DNA of 64,000 bases. Origin: the human T2T-CHM13v2.0 reference genome, Homo sapiens. Numbering within the stretch: the stretch's first letter is position 1; the number at the start of each line of letters is the position of its first letter. Positions 17,080 to 31,770 of this stretch are shown here, piece by piece. The translations under genes were made by a program, and so were the position numbers. Below the pieces are notes generated by a model, which saw only the letters and a program-made list of their open reading frames with translations, was not told the DNA's origin and searched no databases. The stretch lies in NCBI RefSeq assembly GCF_009914755.1, contig NC_060931.1. One strand, 5' to 3'.

Positions 17080-17240
17080 TAGGGTCTGGGTCAAATGGCC
17101 TTGCATTGAGAAACCAGGAAATTCACTTTTCAGCTCTTTTCCATATCTGTAAAGTGGGAATTACAGTCCCTATCTCACTGGTTTGCTGTGAGAAGTCAAT
17201 GAAACAATATTGGTAAAATGCTTAACTCAGAACCTGGCAA
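17080..17240 (+). mobile_element. MIR fragment
   Basis: MIR core ATCTGTAAAGTGGGAATTACAGT..CCTGGCA. Confidence 0.6.
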
Positions 17241-17247
17241 TGGGGGT

Positions 17248-17291
<44 letters not shown>
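17248..17291. repeat. (GT)n microsatellite
   Basis: About 20 perfect units. Confidence 0.97.
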
Positions 17292-17292
<1 letters not shown>

Positions 17293-17727
17293 CCTGTTTC
17301 CTCCCCACCCCGACACTTGCCTTTGAGATTAGAGGAGCTTGTTGTGTGGCTTCTGTAAAGTTCCCAGACTCTGGTGAGTGTCACATCAGTGTCTGATGAA
17401 AGGCAGCTTGTAAATATAAAATGCTGCTTTGATTGCAATAAAGGTTCATGCACAAAGTAAGAGAAATAACAGGAACAAAAATAAAGAAAAGAAAAAAGTT
17501 CAGGCTAGGTCAACAAGTCCACGTTTCCTACCTGAACTGTGGGCTCTGGGATGGGTTGTTGGGGACAGACCTTGAAGCAGAGAGGACCACAGAGCCAGGA
17601 CCAGGGCCACAGGGCTTGAGGAATTAAGTCTATTCCTGCTGAGGGTGGGGAGTTCAGGAGAGCAACGATTTCTGTTCCTTGTTGATGACCTTGGCCAACT
17701 CTTCGACTCCTCAGGCTGCTCTTTTTC

Positions 17728-17746
17728 CCGCCCCCAGGTGGCGCTC
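17728..17746 (+). promoter_or_regulatory. Candidate CTCF site
   Basis: CCGCCCCCAGGTGGCGCTC matches core CCRSYAGRKGGCRS at 13 of 14 positions. Confidence 0.4.
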
Positions 17747-17994
17747 TTTCCTCCTTCCTTCCCACCCCTCCATTGGTGACTTCATCCACCATCGTGGTGC
17801 AGCCCTAGCTTCTATCTGGACAACGCCCACCTTTCCCTCCCATACCGATCTCAGTGACGTCTCCATGAAGCCCTTCTAAGTTTCACCCATGCAGAGGTGG
17901 AAATACATGATTGCACTTGTTATTTAAGGAGGTTTCCTGTGTGCCCCCGCTGTGCTGAGGCCTCGATATAGAATCTCAGTTATTCCTCAGGAAA

Positions 17995-18100
17995 TCTTCG
18001 CATGCAAGTGGTTTATTTGGGAAAGGATCCCAGGAAACACTGGCAGGAGAGATGGGAAGTGAGACGGGAAGGGAAGGCGGCCAGCAAAGGGGGCATGGAT
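17995..18100 (-). mobile_element. LTR16-like ERVL fragment
   Basis: GCAAGTGGTTTATTTGGGAAAGGATCCCAGGAAACAC. Confidence 0.55.
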
Positions 18101-18202
18101 GGATGAGCTGGTCATAGAATGTTTGAAGAGACATGGCTTAGGAAGGAAATTCATTTGAATTTTTTTAACTTTGGACCTGTGCTTTCAAATGTCTTCTCCC
18201 TT

Positions 18203-18634
18203 GCCTGGCACAGTGGCTCATGCCTGTAACCCAGCATTTTGGAAGGCCGTGCAGGAGGATTAATTAAGGCCAGGAGTTTGAGACTAGCCTGGGCAACATA
18301 GTGAGACCTCGTCTCTATAAAAAAATCAAAAATATTAGTGGGGCATGATGGTGTAGACCTGTAGTCCCAGCTAGTTGGGAGGCTGAGGAGGGAGAATTGC
18401 TTGAGCACAGGAGTTTGAGGCTGCAGTGAGCTATGATTGTGCCACTGTACTGCAGCCTGGGTGACAGCGCAAGACCCTTTCTAAAAAAAGAAAGAGAGAG
18501 AGAGAAGGGAGAGAGAAAAGAAGGAAGAAAGGAAGGAAGGAAGGAGAAGAAAGAAGAAAGAAAAAAAGAAAGAAGAAAGAAAAAGAAAGAAAGATGGATG
18601 AAAGAAAGAAAAAGAAAGAAAGAAAGAGAAAAAA
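18203..18634 (+). mobile_element. AluJ with ~150-bp GA-rich expanded tail
   Basis: Alu body to ~18482, then (GAAA/GGAA)n. Confidence 0.9.
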
Positions 18635-19079
18635 GCTCACTGTTAGAAAAAGAAGATTGACAAGGATGAAATAATGATAAATCCCAGGGGGATGAGCCTC
18701 CCAGCTCAGTCTCTGCTGGAAAAAAGTATTGAAAAGCACAGGTCCACCATGAAAAGAAATTAAAATGAATTTCATTCTTAAGCCAAACATATTCCAGAGA
18801 ATCCATTTTAAGCCCTCCTGAACATTTATTGAAACCCCCTTCCATCTCCAACCCCAAAAGCTCCAAAGGACCTCACTTCTTGCTCCCCTTCCCAAGCCCC
18901 TGCTCTCAGCCTCCTCTCCCCTCTTCCCCATCTGTCCCATAAATTTGATCCCAGCAAGCAAGAATCCCTTCTTTTTATGAGCTAGAAAACTGACCAGTGA
19001 CAGAAGATTTTTATTCACAGGAGGAGAGAGAGGATACTTCATTAATTTCAGTCCTACCTGTTGTACATATGTGTGTCCT

Positions 19080-19740
19080 GTAATAAATCATTTGTCTGAC
19101 CCTTGTTTCTGGTTCCTAGGAGGAAGCTTCTAATTCTTGGAATTTCCTGAGTGATGGGATTGCCTGAGTTTATGCTAACAAGGTGACTCGGGATGGTGGC
19201 CAGCCACACCAGAAAGACCAACTGTGTGATTAGAGAGTTGGGACTTTGGGCCAGTGACATCAGCCTGATGATGTCTGGGGAGTGGAGGGGTTGCTGGAGA
19301 TTGAGTTCAATCACGTGGCCAGTTATCTAGTCAATCATGCCTACATAATGAAACCACAAAAAAACCTCTGAATGATGAGACTCAGTTGAGCTCCCCGGGT
19401 TGGGAGTCATACTTCTGCGTGCTCAGAGGGCGACACAGAAGCTTTGTGAATTGGGCCCTCCCATGGGTTTTTTTTGGGGGGGTTGTTCCTTTATAATAAA
19501 CAATTATAGAAAGTACAGTGCTTTTTTAGTGCTTTGAGTTGGTCTATGAGTTACTGAACCTGAGAGAGTAATGGGAGCCCCCGAATGTGTAGCCAGTTTG
19601 TCAGAAGTGTGGGTGGCCTGGGAGCCCTGGCGCTTGCAGTGGGTGCCTGAAGGGAGGACAGTCTTGTGGAAGACTGTGCCCTTAACCTGTGAAATGTGAC
19701 CCAAGTCCAGGTGGCTGGTGTCAAAACTGCATTGCCTTAT
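19080..19740 (+). mobile_element. MER21C-type LTR
   Basis: CCAGAAAGACCAACTGTGTGATTAGAG, GGAGATTGAGTTCAATCACGTGGCCA, AATCATGCCTACATAATGAAAC. Confidence 0.75.
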
Positions 19741-20752
19741 ACTGTGGCTCAGACCATATGACAGAGATGAGAATCTGTCATTTCTGCTTGGAGAAATCAG
19801 TTTTTGGGGTGTGACTAATTTTTGCTCTGGGACCCAGATTTCACCCCCCCTAGAGTTGAGAGTTCTGCCCTTGTGTTTTATTTTCTGCTTTTGGCTAGAG
19901 ATGTGAATGAGGGTGAGAAGATTATTGCCTGGGGATTGAAAACCAGGCCACAATGAAGTGGGACCCCCAAGGCCAAGAGTCCTGTCTGTGTTTTCCTCCT
20001 ATAGGGAGATTGGCAGGTGGGGTCAGAGGCTACATTCATAAAGCATCTCAATTTTCCTCCACAGTTTGTGCTACTTAATGGCCCTGCATAAATACTTCTA
20101 CAAGAGCCAACAAATTAATGACTCATAAGGCCCTTTAAAGCATTGGAAAGAAACTAAAAAGGAGATCTAATTTGTTTGGTTCAGGATTATTGGTATCAAG
20201 CTGGGTTTGGTGTCTTTTGTTTACTCATTGGTTTCCAAAAATAAATTTTGGGAAAACAGACCATTAAGGATAAAAGATGCTCCAGTGTACTTGAAACTGT
20301 TTGAGAAACAGGTAAAAAGGCAGTAAAATATAAAATTTATTGTGGCTGAGGGTTTTTCTAATGCCAAGCACAACAGCAGTAGACAGAAGCACAAACTGTG
20401 GACAATTGACCTTGGCTGGATCATGCCTTCTTCCCAATTTCCCAGGGCAGAGTGTCCCATTACGTAGAAATAAAAAAGAAATGCATTGTGTCTAGAGCCT
20501 GGAATGTGGGGTCCTCTGGGAATATTCATTTCAGTTACGCAACAAATATTTATTAAGCCTAGATTGCGCCTGGCCTATCTTGAGCTACTTTTATTAGAAG
20601 CCTTCTCTCAGAGGCTTTAAATATCTCTACCACCCACATATAGCAGCTCCAACGCTTTGATGTCATACAAAATTAGGCCAGAGTCATACTTCCATCACCC
20701 ACAAGCTCTGTGACCATGGGCAACCTCAGCTTCCTCATTTGTAAAAATGAGT

Positions 20753-21216
20753 TGTAGTGGGTGAAACAGTATCCTCCAAAAATTCATGTCTACTGGAAAC
20801 TCAGAATGTGAGTGTATTTGGAAATAGGGTCTTTGCAGATAAAATTAGTTAAGGATCTCAAGGTGAAATCATTCTGGATTTAGGGTTGGCTGTAAATCTA
20901 ACGATGAGTTTCTATATAAGAAGGGGAGAAGATAGAGAGAGACAGAGAGAGAGAGACCGTGTGAAGATGGAGGCAGAGAAAGCAGTGATGCATCTACAAG
21001 TCCGTGAACACCAAGGACTGGCAATGACCATCAGGAGCTAGAAGAGAGTCATGGAACAGATTCTCCTCCAGAACCAGAAGGAAGCAACCCTCCCAACACC
21101 TAGATCTGAGACTTCTGGCCTCCAGAACTCTGCAAGAATACATTTCTGTTGTTTTGAGCCACACAGGTTGTGGTCTTCTTTTTTTTTTTTTACAGCAGCC
21201 CTAGGAAACTAATGCA
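20753..21216 (+). mobile_element. MLT1C MaLR solo LTR inserted in a MIR
   Basis: TGTAGTGGG..GGAAATAGGGTCTTTGCAGAT..GGAAACTAATGCA. Confidence 0.85.
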
Positions 21217-22119
21217 CTACTCCAAATAGAATTATGGCCTCGTAAATGAAAAGATGGATGCAAGCATTTGACTGATACAGATATTCAACCAGTGCTAATT
21301 CTTCTTTCCTTTCTAGGCTGATTGAATAGGTAATGTTGAAGCTATGGGTTAGTTTTCAGCTTCATCTATCATCTTCCTGGTTTATTCATTGAAAAAGGTT
21401 TTCACGTAGTAGACTTAACCTTTTTGCCCCAGTTTGGGTATCCGCTTTGGAGCTTTTCCGTTTATTTTTGTGTGTGTAGCAGACATCATTGTTGCCCTGC
21501 CCAAATGCCCTCAGCACTCCTCATTTTTATGCACATGGACTCATGCAGAGGTGTAACTGCAGCGGCTGCAACTCTTCCTGAGAGCTCTCTCTGGCTGCTG
21601 GCACCTGCTTGGCTCACACACGAGACAGAAAGTTGAATACCCCCTCCTCCCGCAGGAACATCCTTCAACCAGCGACTGATGGGAGTCAGTGCATACATTT
21701 CCCAGCTCCCTTGCTCGCAGCTGGGATGAGTCTGAGCCACGTTTCACACTGTTTTCCAGAGTCCCCAGCAGGACTGAGCTTCACTTTCCCACAGCAGTGA
21801 GCTGCTTGGTAACACACACATTACTAGTTTTCTTCCTGTGTTAGCTTCCTGTGGCTGCCATAATGTATGACCACAAACTTGGTGGCTTGAAACAGTAGAT
21901 ATTATTCCCTCCTCGTTCTGGAGGCCAGAAGTCCAAAAATCAGTATCAGTGAGCTGAAATAAGTGTCTACAGAGCCATGCTCCCTCAATAGTCTCTAGGG
22001 GAGAAGCCATTCCTGGCCTTTTCCAGTTTCTGGTGGCTGTTGGCTAATCCTTGGAGTTTCTTGGTTTGTGGCTGCATCACTCCAGTCTGTGCCTCCTTCT
22101 TCACATTGCCTTCTCTTCT

Positions 22120-22289
22120 GTTACGCAACAAATATTTATTAAGCCTAGATCGTGCCTGGCCTACCTTGAGCTACTTTTTCTAGCTCAAGTGATCTTCCTC
22201 TCTCAGCCTCTCAAAGTGCTGGGGTTACAGGTGTGAGCCAACCGCACCCGGCGCCCTGGTAAGTCCTTCATCAAGGTGGAGAAGGGTGA
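22120..22289 (+). repeat. Chimeric local duplicate: 20534-20597 joined to 24179-24283
   Basis: GTTACGCAACAAATATTTATTAAGCCTAGAT.. (59/64 identical), then Alu end plus unique flank CCTGGTAAGTCCTTCATCA. Confidence 0.9.
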
Positions 22290-22700
22290 AGATTTCTGTA
22301 GTCAAATCTCTATTTCCCTTTTATAAGGATACATGTGATCGTATTAAGGACTCATTCAGATAATCCAGGATAATCTCCCTACCCCAAGGACTTCAATTTA
22401 ACTACATCAGCAAAGTCCCCTTTTTTTTCCACCTAAGGTGTATTAGGTCATTCTTGTATTGCTATAAAGAAATACCTCACACTGAGAAATTTATAAGAAA
22501 AGAGGTTTAATTGGCTCACGGTTCTGCAGACTGTACAGGAAGTACAGCAACATCTGCTTTTGGGGAGGCCTCAGGAAGCTTCCAATCATGGTAGAAGGTG
22601 AAGCTGGAGCAGGCATCTCACATGGTGAAAGCAAAAGAGAGTTGGGGGAGGTGCCATCCACTTTTAAATGACAAGATCTCACGAGAACCCACTCACTATG

Positions 22701-23164
22701 GGTATTAGTCTGTTCTCATGCTGCTAATAAAGACATACCCAAGACTAGGTAATTTATAAAGAAAAAGAAGTTTAATGGACTTACACTTCTACATGGCTGA
22801 GGAGGCCTCACGATCATGGCAGAGGGTGAAGGGGAAGAAAAACGCATCTTATACTTCGGCAGGCAAGAGAGTGTGTGCAAGGGAACTCCCCTTTATAAAA
22901 CCATCAGGTCAAAAAAACTGTGTGCTGTAAAATAATTGTGCAGTATCCATACAATGGAATATTACTCAGCCATGAAAAGGAGAGATGCACTGACACACAC
23001 TACAATGTGGATCATGAGACTTACTCACTATTACAAGAACAGCATGGGAAAGATCCACTCCCATCATTCAATTACCTCCACCAGGTCCCTCCCATGACAC
23101 ATGGCAATTATGAGAGCTAAAATGGAAGATGAGATTTGGGTGGGGACACAGCCAAACCATATCA
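22701..23164 (-). mobile_element. THE1C solo LTR
   Basis: GTATTAGTCTGTTCTCATGCTGCTAATAAAGAC..CAGCCAAACCATATCA; TSD CTATG/CTACG. Confidence 0.9.
22930..23012 (+). repeat. Local duplicate of L1 segment 27235-27317 inside THE1C
   Basis: 79/83 identical, including non-consensus GATGCACTGACACACACTACAATGTGGAT. Confidence 0.88.
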
Positions 23165-23800
23165 CTACGGCAAAGACAGCACCAAGGGGATGGTGCAAAA
23201 CCATTCATGAGACATCCACCCCTGTGATCCAGTCACCTCCCACCAGGCCTCACCTCCAATACGGGGGATTACATTTCAACCTGAGATTTGGGCAGGGACA
23301 AATATCCAAACTATATCATATGGTAACATTCATAGGTTTCAGGAATTAAGATGTGAACATCCGACCTACCACAATTCCCTTTCTCTCCTTACTTCCCATT
23401 CACCTATCAATGCTTCCTGGGGATCAATTTACCAATAAACTCCTTACTCTCAACTCTTTGCCCTCAGCATGTGCATCTGGAGGGACCTCACCTCTGACTG
23501 TATCACTTCATAGGGAATGAGAACCAACCTTTCAAGGAATCATTTATTAATTTGTTGCACTCACATTCCACTAGCAGTTGTACTTACATGAGTCTGAACA
23601 AGGTTGTCAAATTCTATGAAGGTCGTTGATTAGCTCACAACCATAATGCCAAGTTGGAGGGGGTGATTGGCTTGAACAGGCTTTTGAGTGATAATAACCC
23701 AAGAAAAAGAAATGAGGGAGAAGCCTGCTGGGGACTCTCACTGCTGCTTGAAACATCTCTCAGCCTCACTCTGTGATTTATGATTTGATAGATCTAGTGA

Positions 23801-24247
<447 letters not shown>

Positions 24248-24409
24248 CCCTGGTAAGTCCTTCATCAGGGTAGAGAAGAATGAGAGCACCTCTAGTTTCC
24301 TGGAGCTCTGTAACCTCTGCACCAACGTAAAGGTCAAGACTCCCTGGTTAAGGCTTTCAACTTTCACTGGAGGGGCTGAAAGGCCATGCACTGTGCTTGG
24401 AGATATTTA

Positions 24410-25303
<894 letters not shown>

Positions 25304-25311
25304 TCATTATC

Positions 25312-25838
25312 TGTGATAGGTTGAAAGCTGTTCCCTGCAAATTCCTCTGCTGAAGCCCTAACTCTCAGTACCACACAATGTGACTGCATTTGGAGACAGG
25401 GTCTTTAAAGAGGGGATTAAGGTAAAATGAGGTCATCGGAGTGGGCTTTAATCCAATCTGCCTGGTGTCCTCATGAGAAGAGGAGATTAATACCCATTTA
25501 TGCCTAGTGTTCCATTACTGGAACGCTAAGCATGTGAGAATTATTTATATCCTACTGCTCAAGGTCATCGCAGGGGTCTGATTGCAAAAATTCAAAAAAT
25601 TGCAACCTCAGGCATAAATGTTAAGACACAGACACACACAGAGGGATGCACATAGGAGGATGTGGGGAGAAAGTGGCTGTCTGCAAGCCAAGGAAGGAGG
25701 CCTCAGGAGAAACCAACCCCACCAATCGATACCTTGATCTTGGATTTCCAGCCTCCAGAACTGTGAGAAAATAAAAGTCTGTTGTTGAAACCGCCCTGTT
25801 CATGGTGCTTGTTAGGGCAGCCTGAGCTGACTCATGCA
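25312..25838 (+). mobile_element. MLT1B solo LTR interrupted by MER85
   Basis: TTTGGAGACAGGGTCTTTAAAGAGG..CCAGAACTGTGAGAAAATAAA. Confidence 0.85.
25493..25620 (+). mobile_element. MER85 piggyBac (PGBD3-derived) MITE
   Basis: TIRs CCCATTTATGCCT / AGGCATAAATG; TTAA at 25487 and 25621; internal palindrome GTTCCATTACTGGAAC. Confidence 0.93.
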
Positions 25839-26752
25839 CCCTGTGTGAGCTAAAATTGGGCCAGCCCAGGTGATCCAGCCTCTCTCCTTCTCCTCCTGCT
25901 TCGTCCAAATGCCCCAGCACCTCTCTGTTGTTCACAGCAGCTTCTTAGCCATAAAGGCCATATCTCCCATGGACTTGTCTGCTGGAGCATCCTCCCACCA
26001 GCAGACAAGTCCTGGTCTCTGGAAAGCCTGTTGGCTCTCTGTCCTCTGCCACCTGCCTCCCAGAATTATGTGCTGACTCTTTCCAGATGAACTCACTGAA
26101 AAATTGTGAACTACCCCTCTGCTGCCCCAAGTCGCCTACACACTTATGGCAATTCCCCAACCAAACGAATGTCACTTTTACATTATGCAGACAGACCAAA
26201 TTAGCATTTAGCAGAGAAAGGGGCTTCTTCTTCTTCTTCTTTTTTTTTTTTTGCAAATCATATAACTCTAAATTACCTTCAATTTCCCAAATGGAATTTG
26301 GCTCGAGATTCACTCTGGTATGGAGTAGTCTGTAATGAGATTATATTATGTTTGGGGGAAAACATTCAAATGACCAAGATAATTAATTTTGCATAACAAC
26401 CAACATAGAGCAAGCTCCAGAGCTGGAACTCAAAGCCTGCAACCTGCAGGGGCCCCTGGGGGTGATCAGAGTTCTTTCAAAATACAGCAACAAAGGCCAT
26501 TCTGGGGACCCGTGCAATGCCCGGGTTTGAAAGCTGGAAATGTCGGGTTGTTTCTCCTCTGGCTACTGTCTTCATATTTTCTCAGCAGCTGTCATTTGCT
26601 GTAGGAGCTGTCCTGGGTTTGGAAAGACAAAAGGAGCCCGATGGCTCAATAGAGCATTCTGGAAGAGCTTTACTGGGAGGAATTTTTTGAGAAACGTCCC
26701 TAAGATTTCAAAACGTTTGGTGCTGTTTCAGGGCCCAGCTTAGGGTAGGGTG

Positions 26753-26770
26753 GTGTGTGTGTATGTGTCT

Positions 26771-26810
<40 letters not shown>
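26753..26810. repeat. (TG)n microsatellite
   Basis: Direct reading. Confidence 0.93.
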
Positions 26811-27134
26811 ATCTTGAAAAGGAAAGAATAAGATCAAACCCTCCTCTTGTCTTTGAATCTTCATTGTCAGGTGGCTTTATTTGCATGATATCAGACTTGT
26901 CTGAATATCTGGGAAGAACCTGACACAGCGGCAATTTTCTGGTTCTGATTCATTGTGAAAATCACCTTGGAAATAGCCAGGACCTGGCATCTCCCCACCT
27001 CCACCCCTTGCACCTCTTGGCTGTGTCTCATTCTAACACAGTTTAGAATATGCATCAGCCTGGGAGCCAGAGAACCTACATTTTCACTTAGGCTCTGCCT
27101 CTAGCTGCCTGCATGGTCTCAAAAATAAATTCCT

Positions 27135-27655
27135 GCACCCAAACAAATCCTTGTCCGTGAATGTTCACAGCAGCACTATTTGCAATAACCAAAAGGTGGG
27201 AGCAACCCCAATGTCCACCAATGAATGAGTGGATAAATAATTGTGCGGTAGCCATACAATGGAATATTACTCAGCCATCAAAAGGAAAGATGCACTGACA
27301 CACACTACAATGTGGATGAAACTCGTGGACATCTTGCAGAGTGAAAGAAGCCAGACACAAAAGATCACATATTGTATAATTCCATTTACATGAAATACTC
27401 AGAATAGGTAAATCCATAGAGATAGAAAACAGATTAGTGTGTGCCCGGGGCTGCAGAGCAGGAGTGCAGAATGACAGCTTAATGAACGTGGGGCTTCATT
27501 TTGTGCTGATGAAATGCTTTGGAACTAGATAGTGGTGTCGGTTGCACAACATTGTGAATGTACTACATGCCACTGAGTTGTAAACTTTAAAGTGAATTGT
27601 GCAATTAAAATGCTTACTTTTATATTATCTGAATTTCACCTCAATAAAAAAAAAA
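27135..27655 (+). mobile_element. L1MB-type 3' end with poly-A, inserted in a MIR
   Basis: ATACAATGGAATATTACTCAGCCAT, GTGAAAGAAGCCAGACACAAAAG, CTCAATAAAAAAA. Confidence 0.88.
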
Positions 27656-27729
27656 GTTCCTCCCATCCTTGATCTCACACTGGATCTTGGGGTCTTCATC
27701 TGGGAAAATTAAGGTGTTGGACTAGAAAC

Positions 27730-28450
27730 GGGGATTGCAAACTCTTAGTCTATAGACCACATTTGGCCAGCAGATATTTAATTGGGCCTTAACAGTGTTT
27801 TTTAACACATTCTAAATCTGAATTCCTTTTTTTGACGGTCAGTTTCCAAAGATGAGCCTCCCAGCCCAATGAGCTATCCCTCCTGGTATCCATGCAATGG
27901 GGTGGCCACCTCCAACACTGAATCCAGGCTGGCCTTTTGACCAACAGAATGCAGCAGGAGTGACACTACATAATTCCAAAGCTGGACCTTAAGGTATCTG
28001 CAGCTTCTGCCTTTATCTCATGGGATGCTCCCTCTCTGAACCCAGAAACCATGCTGTGAGCAAGCCCTCGCTGCATGGGGAACCACATGGAGAAGCCCCC
28101 ACAGAGCAGTCCATGCCAACTGCCAGCCATGTCAGTGAGCAATCTTGGACGTTACAGCCCAGCTGAGCCTCTGAATGATACAGCCCTAGCTGATATGTAT
28201 TCATAGAGAGAGCAGAAGAACCACCCAGCTAAGCCCAGGCAACACACAGAATCATAAGAAATAATACAATGATTATTGTTTAAGCCACGAAGTTTGGGGG
28301 TGGTTTCTCACACAGCAACAGATGACAGGAACAGCTTTGACTGCTTCTTTGGCTTGTCACAGTCCTCATCTTATCTCCTACACCTGCCCACTTCATACAT
28401 CTGAGCTACCTGCCTGGCCCCTGCAGGCAGCTGGCTCTGCAGCCCCAGAT
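27730..28450 (+). mobile_element. MER102-like hAT element split by MLT1H
   Basis: GGGGATTGCAAACTC.. and ..CCTGCCTGGCCCCTGCAGGCA halves. Confidence 0.5.
27832..28333 (+). mobile_element. MLT1H-type MaLR LTR
   Basis: GACCAACAGAATGCAGCAG, GAAGAACCACCCAGCTAAGCCC, GTTTAAGCCAC. Confidence 0.7.
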
Positions 28451-28549
28451 GTGATGATGATCTCTAGGTTCCCATCCAGGTTTGCCAAGTGCATATTCTC
28501 CATGTTCCAATCTGAGCACATTGAGCATTCATGGCCAAGATCTTTCAGT

Positions 28550-29378
<829 letters not shown>

Positions 29379-29429
29379 TGGGGGGTAATGAACCAACTCA
29401 CTGACTCCCATTTGGCTTGCAGATTCCCA

Positions 29430-29750
29430 AATTAAACTTCTCCCCGGGGTCCTGTGGATCCCTTCTGCATTTCCGGGTGTACCTGACCCCACTTTAGCAT
29501 GCTTTGGCCCCCAGTGGGCCTGCACCTCACCTCTCCCTCGGGCTCCTGGAGATGATGGCCTGGAAGGCACAGGTGGCTGGAGTACTTGAGGGCTGATGTT
29601 CCCCAGAGGGACACTTGGCCAATGAGTGAAGAGGTTGGGGGCGGGAGGGCAACTTGGAGCCCTAATTCTCCCTCCAGTGCTCCCTCTCCATGGGCCCAGG
29701 CTGAAGCCACAGTCCACAGAGCCTTCCCGGACCTCACAGCCTTGCCGGGC
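29430..29750. mobile_element. MER115-like hAT-Tip100 fragment
   Basis: GCATGCTTTGGCCCCCAGTGGGCCTGCACCTC..GGCCAATGAGTGAAGAGG..GCCCTAATTCTC. Confidence 0.55.
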
Positions 29751-29886
29751 TCCACCCCTTCCCTGCCAGCTCCCCGCTCTCCCTCACTCCCTCCCCAGTT
29801 TCTCCTGGGGTGCCCCAATCCTCATGTCAGATCCGTGTCTGCAGAACACAACACAGGACAGACCATCACGTGAAGAGAGGAAAAAC

Positions 29887-30015
29887 ATTCATTAAGGAAA
29901 AAAATCATTGAGCATTGTCTTCTGTGCCAAGCATGATCTCTAGACATGGGAGACAGGGCAGTGAACCAAGCTGACAAAATTCCCTGAACTCCTGAAGCTG
30001 ACATCCTTCCATTCG
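29887..30015 (-). mobile_element. L2 3' fragment
   Basis: CATTCATT..ATTGAGCATTGTCTTCTGTGCCAAGC..GCAGTGAAC. Confidence 0.65.
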
Positions 30016-31143
30016 GATGGGACTCCAAAGTTTTTCCAAGCGAGGAGTAGAGTATATACGTCTATGCTGAGAGCGCTGGCCTTACTCTGTTATTGTCAGT
30101 CCGGCCTTATCCCTACAAGGACTTGGTGAGAAGGCAACCCTCTGCTTCAACTTGATTTGTGCGTTTTGTGTCTCCCCGTCACCATTTCAGTTTCTTGCTC
30201 TTACAAATAAAGGAATAAAGTGCACATTACACGCAGCCACCAGTGCCATGCAGGTCTCACTCTTTATGCAGCATAACCAAGCCCTGAAGGCTGTCTGTGC
30301 TCCCCGTGCTGCTAGTGAGGGTGGATTCGAGGCTGCCAGCACGTCCAGACCACCGGCATGTCCAGACCCCCCTTATCTCCTCATGCCTTCTTCCTGCAGC
30401 CTCACCCCAATCCTACTGAAGCAAGATCAAAGCACAAATAACTCCCAATGTGGGCCTTACTGTTCCTTCCCACGATCAGAGGTCATGCGTGACCCAGAGC
30501 GACACGCAGTGTGATCACTGACATCATAGACACATGTAGAGATGCGTTGGTGTTTGGTGACGAATATGGAAATTCAATAAAAGGCAAGTTAATTAAAACA
30601 GAACAAGCTGTGGCCTGGGGCAGGGAAATGTAACTGCTGATTGTGTGACGGAGAGTTCAGCTACAAGGGGAGTGGGACGTTTTCTCTCTTTCTTCCTGTG
30701 TTTCTTTGGAGTCTGTTTGGAAAAGGCAGATTCTGAGTTTGAGGGGTAGGGAGTGAAGGTTCCAGGCTGGGATGCACGTGCGTGGTGCACATGTGTGTGG
30801 CTGCTCCCTGTGTGGGTTCCAGATGAAGAAGCACTCACAGCCCATCAGCTCCTTGACAACCAGGAGGACAAACCTGGTTTGTCCTTGCTTAGAATCCCAG
30901 TGCAGACGCGGTGCCTGGCACTGACTAAGAGTATTTCTTACTCATGCCAATAGTGATGTTTTGAAACAAAACACCCTGGTATGGGTTGAATTGCGTCTCG
31001 CCCCTTCCCAGTTCGTATGTTGACATCTTAACCCCCAGGACCTCAGAATATGACTACATTTCGATATAGGGTCTTTTCTGAGGTAATTAAGGTGAAGTGA
31101 GATCATTAGGTTGGGTTCTAACCCAATAGGACTGGTGCCCTTA

Positions 31144-31770
<627 letters not shown>

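Larger units (their letters stand above)
22439..23318 (-). mobile_element. MSTA MaLR solo LTR, interrupted
   Basis: TGTATTAGG..CTATATCA; TSD TAAGG/TATGG. Confidence 0.88.
21837..23373 (-). mobile_element. MLT1C solo LTR, interrupted
   Basis: TGTGTTAGCTTCC..CTACCACA; 5-bp TSD CTTCC/ATTCC. Confidence 0.8.
21500..23500 (+). mobile_element. LTR16C-like LTR, outer shell of a nested stack
   Basis: 5' part to 21836 and 3' part 23374-23500 (AATAAACTCC..) are collinear. Confidence 0.65.
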
